A DNA stretch of 63,476 nt, filler included. It is 3 parts of 3 records of this genome, joined end to end, with 100 filler letters (N's around TTAATTAATTAA, not from the genome) between each part and the next. Parts side by side here need not be neighbours in the genome. Positions count along the whole stretch, not along the records: positions 1 to 31,266 come from SRR31156797_9474; positions 31,367 to 47,047 come from SRR31156797_9487; 1 more part is not named here. One strand, 5' to 3'. The translations under genes were made by a program, and so were the position numbers. Below are positions 31,139 to 41,800 of this stretch, in pieces (within the stretch, counting starts at the first letter, position 1; each line of letters opens with the position of its first letter). The notes under the pieces were generated by a model. That model was not told where the DNA came from and did no database searches. It saw nothing but the letters and a program-made list of their open reading frames with translations.

Positions 31139-31167
31139 TGTTGCAGTTGTTAACTATTTGTAGAAAA

Positions 31168-31202
31168 AACCTTTTCCAAAGTTTAGAACTTTGGAAAAGA
31201 TT
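31168..31202. repeat. REP-like palindrome, 5' flank of the RAYT
   Basis: CTTTTCCAAAGTT-TAG-AACTTTGGAAAAG, perfect 13-bp inverted repeat. Confidence 0.8.
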
Positions 31203-31266
31203 CAAGATATAATATATCCATTTAATTTTCCATATTATTGTATATTTAATGCGGTCTTTGACATGT

Positions 31267-31366
31267 NNNNNNNNNNNNNNNNNNNNNNNNNNNNNNNNNN
31301 NNNNNNNNNNTTAATTAATTAANNNNNNNNNNNNNNNNNNNNNNNNNNNNNNNNNNNNNNNNNNNN
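31267..31366. other. Artificial contig-joining spacer
   Basis: N44-TTAATTAATTAA-N44, giving stops in all six frames. Confidence 0.97.
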
Positions 31367-31537
31367 GGACTTTCACCCGTCCTCGCTGGGCTGCAGGAAT
31401 GCTTTTGTATTGGAACGTAGCATCATTTCTATTATACTTACCAAATATCAATTCAAAGCTACATCACACATATTCCTATATTTGCAGCTAGCTTAAACCA
31501 CACATATTCGTGTATTAATTTTTAATACACCTACATT

Positions 31538-34348
31538 ATGAAAAAACAATTTATTCAGACAATGACCCAACGGAGCTTCTCAATGCTCCAAAGTATGCCA
31601 TTGGGCCAGACCATGGTATTTATGCTCGGCCTTATGCTCTTTGTACTTCAACCCGGACTTTATGCACAAGAACAATTCGAATCACTTAAAAAAGGCGATT
31701 GGTTTGAGTGTGAAATGGAGTTTGAAGGGAGCTCTCACCCAATTTTTAGAAATCACTTTATTCCACAAGATAATCATATCAACTCTACCTTGTTATCCGT
31801 TAGGTTTACAAAGATGGGAAAGCAAAATGATTCTACAGTTTGGCATTATCAGGTACTAAGATTTAAGAAAGTCATTGATTTTCGGAAAAACAAAGAAGAT
31901 CGAGTGATGAATTTACAATGCTTTGATTCCTGGTATCCTGATTATTTTATTGAAAACTTTGACAGTATTAGAAACGCTTACCTGGGGACAATAGTTATAG
32001 ATAAGCCTTATAAGTTTACTCATGATTGTGCATATAATGGCGATTATCAAAATTACACGAGTATACTTCCCATTTCACAAATACAGAAAAATTCAAATTT
32101 AGCTTACTTTTCATCATATTTCAATTCCGGCAATGAGTTGGAATTAATGATAGATAAATTAGTTCCAATATTATTTCAAACCAAATACCTGAAGGAAGAC
32201 AAGGATAATAGCTTTATGTATAATTGGGTGGATCATGTAAAATGGAATACTTCGCATGAAGTTCATTTCACTATTCATCAAAATGGAAGTAAACAAAAAA
32301 ATACCTGCACAGCCTACATGCTCAATAATGGCTTACCGTATGCATTTTCTGATGACAACGGGCATAAAGTCCAAACCATTACCAAGGCCAGTTTCCCCTT
32401 ACCTAATAAATCCGTTATTAAAATTACAGATCATCGAAGTAAAGAAAGAAAAAACCTAAGAACAATACATTTTTTGCCTGATAATCCTGCATTTGTATTA
32501 GGTGAAGAAGAAAATAGAGTGCTAAAAGGTCAATCCGATTCGATTATTTATAAATCATTTGCCTTAAAATGCGGTACGGCATTTTCAATACCCTTTCATG
32601 AAAGTGCCGGAGATATTTATTTAGAACCAGGCGATACTATAAATATCACCATCCCCGACGACAAAACACCTTTGCTTATAAGTAATAACAGCAACTCAAT
32701 GTGGTGGCAAAAGAATTTGGATGCAGGAGTTGGTGAAATAAATATTGCCCCAATTACGGAAGAATTTAAAGCCTACCTTCTTTTAAAAAGAAAGATAACT
32801 AATGTTCGTACCGATCTAAAAAATATGAATCAAGATGATTTTTTAAGCTCGTTATTGCCTTTTTATAGTTTAAAATCATACCATTACGATAATTTGTCGG
32901 ATAATTCAACTGGTTCTATACTTTCTGAATATTTAAGAATAAGGAACAATCAAATATATTCATCTGGATCTAAATTTGATATTGGTTTTAATCCAAGTTA
33001 TTATTTTACTGTTGCCAACTCCATCGATTTTGTTTTATACTTTAAATTGTATGATATATTATCAGGGTACGGTACATTTAATAATATACTGGATAAAAAA
33101 GGGCAATATGATGACTTCTTAAGCCGATGTGGAGATACTTTGCTTATTAATAAAGTAAATACATTGATAGATGCCCGTTATTCCATTTTGCCCGGAAAAC
33201 AACTTCCTTTTAAAACCATACTTACACAAAACAAACAGGAAGTGAGTATTTTACCTAAGCACAATAAGTATGCATTACTGTTGTATTATTTAATGCCTGA
33301 TAAAATAGATGATTTTAAAACTTTAACAGACAGTATATCACATAGTATTCGATCGATTACACTTTCAATTGGAAAAAGAGGAAGTAAAGGATTATTAACA
33401 ACAGAACAGTTAGCTTCAGATTTTCTGGATCTAGATGGGCATACGGATCAGCTAGATAAATTCCGATATTTAAACTTTGGTTCATCAGATCCTTTATTAT
33501 TGTTATATGATGATCAGGGAAAAATACTCTATTCAAAACATTTTAAAAAGAATAAGTATGGAGAACTCGATCTAAAACAATATAGAAAGGAAATACAAAA
33601 TGCCATTGATAAAAATGAGCAGAAGTCTAAAACTAATAAGTCGTCCATCATACTTTGGGCTGGGTTGGCATTGTTGCTTGGGGTGTTTTTAACCATCCTG
33701 GTCTATCGTATGGTGATTCAGCGAATGAAAAAACAAAATGCCCAGGCACAATTAATACAGGAGTTGAAACTGAAGTCGGTACAATCGCAGTTAAACCCGC
33801 ACTTTGTATTTAATGCCTTAAATTCTATTCAGCAACTCATTAATGCTTCGGAGACCCAACAAGCTAACCGGTATTTAATAGGATTTTCGAATTTGCTTCG
33901 TGGTGTGTTGGACAATGCCGATAAACGTATTGTGCCGCTTTCCGACGAAATAGAAATGATACAGCAATATTGCGAACTGGAAAAACTGCGGCTTCAGTTT
34001 AAATGTGATATTCAGGTAGAAACCCAAACGCCTGCGGATTTAATAGAAGTACCTTATATGTTGTTGCAACCACTGGTGGAAAACAGCATAAAACATGGAG
34101 TGGCCAAACAGCAGGGAGCTGGGGAAATCAAAATTCGTATTTTTGAAAAAGATACAGCTTTGCAAATCAATATCCGGGACAATGGTTCCGGAATAAATGG
34201 TTATAGCATAGATGAAATGACCATGAAAGGAAAAGGTTTAAAACTAACTTTGGAAAAACTACAGGGCATTTACGGTGAGGATGCCCAATTGCATATTTCA
34301 GAACAGCAAGGGTATACGGAAGCTTCCATTCAAATTAATATAGGATAA
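31538..34348 (+). CDS. LytS-family sensor histidine kinase with a large periplasmic region
   Basis: TM helix followed by QSQLNPHFVFNALNSI, LSDEI..I..Y.ELE..R, LLQPLVENSIKHG, DNG.G. Confidence 0.92.
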   Translation: MKKQFIQTMTQRSFSMLQSMPLGQTMVFMLGLMLFVLQPGLYAQEQFESLKKGDWFECEMEFEGSSHPIFRNHFIPQDNHINSTLLSVRFTKMGKQNDSTVWHYQVLRFKKVIDFRKNKEDRVMNLQCFDSWYPDYFIENFDSIRNAYLGTIVIDKPYKFTHDCAYNGDYQNYTSILPISQIQKNSNLAYFSSYFNSGNELELMIDKLVPILFQTKYLKEDKDNSFMYNWVDHVKWNTSHEVHFTIHQNGSKQKNTCTAYMLNNGLPYAFSDDNGHKVQTITKASFPLPNKSVIKITDHRSKERKNLRTIHFLPDNPAFVLGEEENRVLKGQSDSIIYKSFALKCGTAFSIPFHESAGDIYLEPGDTINITIPDDKTPLLISNNSNSMWWQKNLDAGVGEINIAPITEEFKAYLLLKRKITNVRTDLKNMNQDDFLSSLLPFYSLKSYHYDNLSDNSTGSILSEYLRIRNNQIYSSGSKFDIGFNPSYYFTVANSIDFVLYFKLYDILSGYGTFNNILDKKGQYDDFLSRCGDTLLINKVNTLIDARYSILPGKQLPFKTILTQNKQEVSILPKHNKYALLLYYLMPDKIDDFKTLTDSISHSIRSITLSIGKRGSKGLLTTEQLASDFLDLDGHTDQLDKFRYLNFGSSDPLLLLYDDQGKILYSKHFKKNKYGELDLKQYRKEIQNAIDKNEQKSKTNKSSIILWAGLALLLGVFLTILVYRMVIQRMKKQNAQAQLIQELKLKSVQSQLNPHFVFNALNSIQQLINASETQQANRYLIGFSNLLRGVLDNADKRIVPLSDEIEMIQQYCELEKLRLQFKCDIQVETQTPADLIEVPYMLLQPLVENSIKHGVAKQQGAGEIKIRIFEKDTALQINIRDNGSGINGYSIDEMTMKGKGLKLTLEKLQGIYGEDAQLHISEQQGYTEASIQINIG

Positions 34349-34350
34349 AG

Positions 34351-35097
34351 ATGATACAGGCAGTTATAATCGATGATGAAGAAAAAGCAAGGCAAAATCT
34401 GGATGCCATCATTAAATCTTATTGCCCGGAGATTACAATTGAAGCTATGGCTAATGGAGTACAGCAAGGTATTGAAGTGATTCAACAGCATCAGCCCAAT
34501 CTTATTTTCCTCGACATCGAAATGCCGGACGGAACCGGTTTCGATTTACTCGAAAAATGTTCGTATAGCTCAGGTGAGGTTATTTTTGTTACTGCCCATC
34601 ATCAATACGGGCTCAATGCCATAAAATTCAGTGCCATCGATTATATTCTGAAACCCATCGATGAGGCTTTGCTGATGAAGGCTGTTTCCAAAGCAAAGCA
34701 ACAAATAGAATTAAAACAGGAGAACCTCCGCCTGAAAAATCTCTTGAATAATGTTTCTTTACCGCAAGCCAGCAAACGCATTGCACTGCCGTTTGTCAAT
34801 AAAATAGAGTTTGTCGAAGTGAAAGACATCATTCGCCTCGAAGCCGAAGGTAGTTATACTAAATTCTACACGACAGTTAATAAGCCATTACTGGTTTCTA
34901 AAAGCCTGAAGGAATACGATGATATGCTTTCAGCTTCTGGTTTTATCAGAACCCACCAGGCACATCTGGTCAACCCTGATTTTATCCAATCCCTCATTAA
35001 ATCCGATGGCGGCTACTTATCCATGAAAAATGGCGATTCGGTACCCATCTCGCGTCTGCGAAAAAATGAAATTATAAAAGTGTTAAAGGAGAAGTAG
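34351..35097 (+). CDS. LytTR-family response regulator
   Basis: IIDDE, FLDIEMP, FVTAH, DYILKP; LytTR domain with FIRTHQAHLVN and VPISR. Confidence 0.95.
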   Translation: MIQAVIIDDEEKARQNLDAIIKSYCPEITIEAMANGVQQGIEVIQQHQPNLIFLDIEMPDGTGFDLLEKCSYSSGEVIFVTAHHQYGLNAIKFSAIDYILKPIDEALLMKAVSKAKQQIELKQENLRLKNLLNNVSLPQASKRIALPFVNKIEFVEVKDIIRLEAEGSYTKFYTTVNKPLLVSKSLKEYDDMLSASGFIRTHQAHLVNPDFIQSLIKSDGGYLSMKNGDSVPISRLRKNEIIKVLKEK

Positions 35098-35222
35098 GTG
35101 ATTATTGAAAAAACTTTACTGATGTAAATAAAAAGCTTAAGCACCTTGTAAATAAATCTCATGTCTTTTATCAAAACCTAACCATTTATCCTTAACATAA
35201 AACAGTTTTGTTAGGTGTTTTC

Positions 35223-35387
35223 TTCGGGTGTTGTTCGACAATGCTTCGTAAGGGCTTCGCAAACCTTCGATAGCTGTTCGCAAAATGTTCGATAAAGCGA
35301 TGATATAGGACATCGAATATGTATTGTAGACGACTGAAGGAAAGTATGCCTAAATATCCATTCGAACATATAGCCAAAATATTCGAC
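35223..35387. repeat. 11-bp-periodic TTCG array followed by degenerate CGAA copies
   Basis: TTCG at 35223, 35234, 35245, 35256, 35266, 35277, 35288; CGAA at 35314 and 35363. Confidence 0.7.
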
Positions 35388-35478
35388 TGATAGAATCTGT
35401 AATATAAAAAGCCAAATTTGTCACATAGTATTTTTATTTATAAAACTATTTTGTGGGCTCATTTATAATTACACAATT

Positions 35479-38400
35479 ATGAGGAAAGCATTTCTATATG
35501 TAATGCCCATTTTAACACTTTTGTTAAATCCATATTTGGGATACGGGCAAAATCAAGGAGATATTATTGAGGTAGATGGAAATTATTATGAAATACTAAG
35601 CGACAATGCTATTTCCAATCCAGGCTTTGAAGATGGTTTCACATCCTGGACTGATGCTACTTCGTCCGCCGCAGAACTGAGTTCAGATAAGTTTACTATT
35701 GTTACAAGTGGAGGAGTAGATAATACGCAATACCTGGTGGGAACAACAAACGAAGGTTCCAGTTCTTCCGGTTCTATCGGAACAGGTTGGAATATTGAAT
35801 CAGGTAAAACCTACTGTTTTTCTTACTACGTAAAATATACAGATGCATCTGCAGCAGAAGGTTCAGAAACATGGATTAAAGTATCATTAACGAATGACAA
35901 AACTTCTTCCGCTGAGCCGAGCATATTAATCAGTTCAACAGAAGTTAGTGGAGCAGGTGCATGGACCAAAAACAGTGTAGTCTTTACTAATTCTACGCCA
36001 TACGCATACATTGTAGCTCGTTTTCGTTGGTTAAGTAATCGTCTGGGATTCGATTCATTTTCTTTACACGAAGTGGTTGAGGTAGTTAATACTAGCGATT
36101 TAGAAAGCGCTATTGCCGATGCCGAAGCTATTTATGATGCCGAAGCCGAAGGAGCAGCTGATTTTCTGGATGCCATTAATACAGCCAAAGATGCTTTAAA
36201 CAATCCGACAATTGAAAGTGTAAAACAGGCTACAAGCGATTTAAATGAAGCCATTACATCATATCAGTTAAGCAATGCTTCTTCCGATTCACCAATTGAT
36301 ATGACAAGTTGGATCGTAAACCCTGCTTTTGACGAGAACTTACAAGATGGATGGAAAGGAGTTGGAACCATCAATTATAATAGTGTAGAGTTTTACCAGA
36401 AAACTTTCCGCATGTATCAGAAAATAACCGGCTTGCCTGCAGGTAAATACCGACTAAAAGCACAAGGTTTTGAACGCCCTAAAAGTAATGATGGTGGAGC
36501 AGCATACAACGCCGGTACCGAGGTGATCAATACTGAGCTGTTTGCCGGAGCCAATAGTTTTGCAGAAAAAAGAGTGGTATTTAATTCATTGTACGAAGTT
36601 TCATATACCGGAGCAGGTTCTTCCAATGGTTATGTGAGCTCTATGTCAAGTGCAAAAACCGTGATGGCCGCCTCAGCCGATAACTATTTAATGCAGTTGG
36701 ATAATATTATGCTGGATGAAAATGACACCCTGATTATTGGAGCAGAAACTGATTTTACACAAAGCTACCAATGGGTTTTATTCGACAATTTTCAGTTGGA
36801 GTATATTGGGCAGTTCGATGCCAATGACCTTGTTACAGCTATAGAAGAGCAACTTGTAAATGCACAATCCTTATTAGAAAGTAAAATTCAGAATTCAGCG
36901 GCAGCTTTATTGACTTCTTCGATAGGGCAAGCCCAGCAAACTATAGTGGCAGATCCTTTAGTTTATGATGATTTATATACCAGTAGTCAGGATTTGAATA
37001 CCTCAATTGAAACAGCTGAGGCATCTAATTTGGCCTACATTCAATTACAAACGGCTATAGAGGAAGGAACAGAAGAGCTGGAGCTGATATCAGGAACAAG
37101 AGCTGAAGATTTACAAGCAGCCATTACTGATGGCCAAAGCGTAGTAGTTAATCTGGATGCAACGCTTGATGCTATCGAAACAGCGACTACTAACATCAAT
37201 ACAATTTTTAAGAAGCATATTTATATCCCAACCTGGATGATGGGAGATGTGAATGATCCGGATAATAACTGGAGTATGGAGCGCAGTAAGCAATCTAAAA
37301 ACTGGATTGTATTCTGGGAACCTGGTTACGGACAAGATCCTAGTGTTGTGGTGGATGGAAACTATAAAATTAATGTGGATGGTTTACTGGAGACTGCAGA
37401 AAATGCCTATGATTACTATACAGATTCATTAAAGTTTATTAGTAGAGATGGTGGGCTTTCCAGCAATTATAAAATGATTATCAGGTTACGATACACCAGA
37501 GATTGGGAAGCTACGGGATCGGGTGTTGATAATACAATTGGCTTACTTACACTTACAGCATGGTCGGCACAAGCGGCTGGTCATACACTGGCGCACGAAG
37601 TTGGACACTGTTTTCAGTATCAGGTACATTGCGATAATGGAGATCAGAATGGCTGGATGTATGGTTTTGGATCTAATGCAAGTGGCGGAAATGGCTGGTG
37701 GGAACAATGTGCCCAGTGGCAAGGCTTTAAAATATTTCCCGATCAGCAATTCACAGCCAGTAATTTTTCGGCTTACCTGAACACTTCGCATAAGCATATT
37801 TTACATGAAGCACCTCGTTACGACAACTACTTTATTCAGGATTATTGGGTATATAAACATGGTTTGGATATCATTGGTCGTTTATGGAACGAGTCTAAAA
37901 GCCCGGAAGATCCAGTGGAGACTTATAAGCGAATTACAGATATCAGTCAAACCCAATTTAACGACGAGATGTATGAGGCTGCATCAAGATTTGTTACCTG
38001 GGATATTCCTCGTATCAAATCTTACGGAGCAAGTAAAATTTTATCTCGCCCGCAAACGTCCATGACGGATGTTGGTGATGATTATTGGATGGTTGATGAA
38101 TCTAACTGTCCCGAAAATTATGGCTATAACATCATCCGATTAAATGCGCCAATTACGCCGAAGACAATTAGCGTATTCTTCCAAGGTAAATTAGGTGCGG
38201 ATGGATACCGTTCAAAATACCTTAGTTGGGGAGGTTGGCGTTATGGTTTTGTAGCTATGTTAAGAGATGGAACACGCGTTTATAGCGATATGGCTAGTGC
38301 ATCATCTACAGCTCCTGACGGAACTTTACATTTTGATTGTCCTGCTTACACCCAACGATTGTGGCTGGTAGTTACGGGCGCTCCTTCTATCCATTGGCGA

Positions 38401-38730
38401 CACGCTTGGGATGATGATGATTCTAATGATGAACAATGGCCTTATCAGGTGAGTTTTAATAATACGAACCTGTATGGAAAAACAAATATCTATACTTCCG
38501 CAGAAAGTGTTCCGGAAAGCACTATTAAAGTTTACGCACAAAACAAAGAACTTGTAGTAAATCAATTAAATGATGAAGCGCAAATAAGTGTTTATTCCAT
38601 TGCAGGAAGATTGATTTGGAAAGCTGATGTAAATAGCGCTGAAATCCGAAAGTCATTATCATCAGGTATTTACATTGTACATATTGAAACTAAAAATGAG
38701 AGCGTACAGCAGAAGGTGTTTATTGAATAA
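35479..38730 (+). CDS. T9SS-secreted multidomain HExxH metallopeptidase (DUF6055-like) with CBM-like and FIVAR-like domains
   Basis: Signal peptide, NPGFE CBM-like domains, helical repeats, LAHEVGHCFQY..WWEQCAQW, C-terminal VYSIAGRL...SGIYIV T9SS CTD. Confidence 0.8.
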   Translation: MRKAFLYVMPILTLLLNPYLGYGQNQGDIIEVDGNYYEILSDNAISNPGFEDGFTSWTDATSSAAELSSDKFTIVTSGGVDNTQYLVGTTNEGSSSSGSIGTGWNIESGKTYCFSYYVKYTDASAAEGSETWIKVSLTNDKTSSAEPSILISSTEVSGAGAWTKNSVVFTNSTPYAYIVARFRWLSNRLGFDSFSLHEVVEVVNTSDLESAIADAEAIYDAEAEGAADFLDAINTAKDALNNPTIESVKQATSDLNEAITSYQLSNASSDSPIDMTSWIVNPAFDENLQDGWKGVGTINYNSVEFYQKTFRMYQKITGLPAGKYRLKAQGFERPKSNDGGAAYNAGTEVINTELFAGANSFAEKRVVFNSLYEVSYTGAGSSNGYVSSMSSAKTVMAASADNYLMQLDNIMLDENDTLIIGAETDFTQSYQWVLFDNFQLEYIGQFDANDLVTAIEEQLVNAQSLLESKIQNSAAALLTSSIGQAQQTIVADPLVYDDLYTSSQDLNTSIETAEASNLAYIQLQTAIEEGTEELELISGTRAEDLQAAITDGQSVVVNLDATLDAIETATTNINTIFKKHIYIPTWMMGDVNDPDNNWSMERSKQSKNWIVFWEPGYGQDPSVVVDGNYKINVDGLLETAENAYDYYTDSLKFISRDGGLSSNYKMIIRLRYTRDWEATGSGVDNTIGLLTLTAWSAQAAGHTLAHEVGHCFQYQVHCDNGDQNGWMYGFGSNASGGNGWWEQCAQWQGFKIFPDQQFTASNFSAYLNTSHKHILHEAPRYDNYFIQDYWVYKHGLDIIGRLWNESKSPEDPVETYKRITDISQTQFNDEMYEAASRFVTWDIPRIKSYGASKILSRPQTSMTDVGDDYWMVDESNCPENYGYNIIRLNAPITPKTISVFFQGKLGADGYRSKYLSWGGWRYGFVAMLRDGTRVYSDMASASSTAPDGTLHFDCPAYTQRLWLVVTGAPSIHWRHAWDDDDSNDEQWPYQVSFNNTNLYGKTNIYTSAESVPESTIKVYAQNKELVVNQLNDEAQISVYSIAGRLIWKADVNSAEIRKSLSSGIYIVHIETKNESVQQKVFIE

Positions 38731-38816
38731 ATCCGTTGCCATTTATTAGGGTGAGGATTTATAAGTCCTTTTTGTACGAATAATTTCAAAAACAAAACAT
38801 TTAAAGATAATTACGC

Positions 38817-41800
38817 ATGAAGAGAGTATTAATGGTATTGATTGTATTTGTATCAATCATTGCCCAATTAAAAGCGCAGGAGGTTGGAGACACTGTTTCT
38901 ATTGGAAATACGGAGTACATATTGCAAAGCGAGAACCTTATTTCCAACCCGGGTTTCGAAGATGATTTTACAGGTTGGACTGATGCAACAACTTCAGCAG
39001 CTACTTTATCAGCTACCTATTTTACAATTAATTCTACAGGAGGTGTAGATGATTCTCAATATCTTGTTGGAACGACCAATGCCAGTTCAAGTGCAGCTGG
39101 TTCTATAGGAACAGGATGGAGCATAGAGTCAGGGAAAACTTATTATTTCTCCTATAATGCTAAATATATGGATGCATCTGCTACAGCTAATTCCGAGGAA
39201 TGGTGTAAAATTTCATTAACCAATAATAAAACAAATGCTGCAGAACCACTTGTATTGATTGATGCCACAAGTGTTGATGGAGGTGGAGCATGGACAGAAA
39301 ACAGTGTGGCTTTTACCAACACAAGTCCTTATAGTTATATCGTGGCGCGTTTTCGATGGTTAAACAGTCGTTTGGGTTTTGATGAATTTGCGCTTTACGA
39401 AGTAATTGAAATTGCTGACACAGCTCAATTAAAGGCGGTCATCCAGGAAGCAGAGGAGTTGTATGATGCTGCAGGAGAAGGAGCAGAAGAATTAAATGCA
39501 GCTATTACTACTGCAGTTGGTTTGTTAACCGATGCATCAGCCGAAGAGGTAAAGCAGGGAATAAGCGATTTGGAAGAAGCCATTTATACTTTTAAGTTGG
39601 CAAATGCAACAAGCGAGAACCCGGTGCTTATGACTGATGTGATTGTCAATCCTAGTTTTGAGGATGCTTTTGATGGATGGTCAAACACAGGATTTGTAAC
39701 TCAGACCAATTCGGTATTTTTAAATAAAGATGGAAGTATATATATCGAAACATGGGTAAACAGGGGATCGCAAGTTTCAGATGTTGCGGTTGAGCAAACT
39801 GTGACTGATTTACCAAATGGAAAATATACTTTAAAGGCTGCTGCCGGAAATATTCAGCAAACAGCATCAGGAAGTACAACTAACTCCGGAGATCCACAAA
39901 CCGGAGCCTATCTTTTTGCTGGAGCAGAAGTAACAGCGGTGAATACAATTCAGGAATATTCTGTGGATGTAATAGTAGTGGATAATCAATTAACGTTTGG
40001 TTTTAAAACAGAAAACGCAACAGGTAATTGGGTTACTTGCGATAATTTCAGGTTAGAATATAAAGGTTTCGATATTGAATCTATCAAGGTTTATCTGCAA
40101 ACGCAGGTTGATATTGCCAATACTTTATTAGAAGGTAAAATGCAAGACGATGTTCGTTCTTCCTTGCAAGGAGCAGTTAACCTGGCCAACGAAGAAATAG
40201 CCGATGATGCAGTAACGGAGGAAGAGCTTGCTCTGGCTATCGATCAAATTCAAAGTTCAATTACAACAGCGCAGGCAGCACAGGATGCTTATGATTCCAT
40301 TCAGGATGTAATTGATGAGGCTACAACACTATACGGAACAGGAGAAGGTAATGAAGCAGCTACATTTAAAAGTGCTATTGATGCAGCTGTAGATATTTCA
40401 AATAATTATACGGCTAGCAATGATGATATTAATACAGAAGAGGAAAATCTTACTAAATCAATATTGGCTTATCGAATTGCAAACGCGATTGGTGCAGTTC
40501 CTGTGGTTGTATCTAACCCTAATTTCGCTCGCGGTTCTACCATGTTCTTTGGTCGAAGTACAGTTACCGGTGTTTCGGTTTTTGGTTTGTTAGAATATGG
40601 TTATTGTTGGAGTACAGATCCAGAGCCGACTATACTTGACAACAGGAGCTCAGACTATTTGTCTAATAATGGAAGAATTTATCGCGTAGAAAACCTGGAA
40701 CCTTCTACTGTTTATTATATGCGAGCTTATGCATTAACAAAAAATTACGCAGTAGGTTACGGGGATGTTCTTAAAGTGATTACCCTACCTAAGGGAACTG
40801 TAACCTATACTCTATCGGATAATGTTACAGGAGATATGCGCGATCGAATGGAAGTAGCTATGTCGGAAGCGGTAGGTTATTTTAACGATTTAACCAGTAT
40901 TCAGGGGCATTGGCTTAATGTAAATTATGGTTCAGGAACACCAACCGCAGAGGCAAGTTATGGCGGCTATATGCGTTTCGGACCTAATACTGCGTATCAA
41001 AAGACAGGAACGGCGCTTCATGAGATGGGACACACGATTGGAGTTGGTACGCATAGCATGTGGTATGGTCCTTCCTCACCTTTAAGAGAAACTGGATCAA
41101 GTGGAGCCTGGTATGGTGAACGCACGACTAAGTTGTTGCAGTTTATTGATAACAATGAAGAAACTTATTTAAAAGGAGATGCTGTTCATATGTGGCCATA
41201 CGGAGTTAATGGAGCACAAGAAGATGATGGAACTGATTTACTATATATTTCAAATGCTTTGATTGTTCAGGCTCTTGGAGAAGATGGTTTGCCTCCAACA
41301 GGTGGTTTTGCCACTCCGGCCTATACATTTGAATTAGCAGATGATACGAAATATTATATCAAGAGTGAAGCGGAACAGACCGGGCTGGAAACAAAATTTC
41401 TTGTTTTGGCAAGCAGTGGGAATCTTCTCAATAAAGAAATGAGTGCAGAGGAAGCATTGGCTAACGATAGTGCTGCCTGGACAGTCGATTTTAATCCGGT
41501 AAATTCGTATTATACGATTAAGAATGTAGCCACAAACAGGTATGTCTATTATAGGGGAACTGGTTATAATGGATTTAGCACTATAGAACGTGCTAACCCG
41601 GCAACTAATGATTATTTACAATTAATGCAAGGTCGTGTGGAAACAAGCATTGGAAGCATGACAAAAAAAGGATATTGGCTGATACACCCTCAGGCTACAC
41701 TTTCACCATCAACCTTATTAGCAAGTACAAGTGAATTAATTGCTACAACAAGTTTTAATATTGCAAATACGGCAACCACACAACGATGGTTATTATTAAC

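Noticed and set aside
31311-31322. TTAATTAATTAA palindrome (also at 47092-47103) as a biological site
   Set aside because: It sits in the middle of identical N44 runs and is a six-frame-stop linker added during contig concatenation.
28933-34348. Functional link between the hydrogenase operon and the LytS/LytTR system
   Set aside because: They are separated by an artificial spacer, so the adjacency is not real.
35223-35291. CRISPR array
   Set aside because: The repeat unit is only 4 bp with 6-7 bp spacers; no cas genes and no 25-45 bp direct repeats were seen anywhere in the window.
35192-35377. 61-aa minus-strand ORF over the TTCG array
   Set aside because: No recognisable motif; the 11-bp period is not a multiple of 3, so the pattern is not explained by coding.
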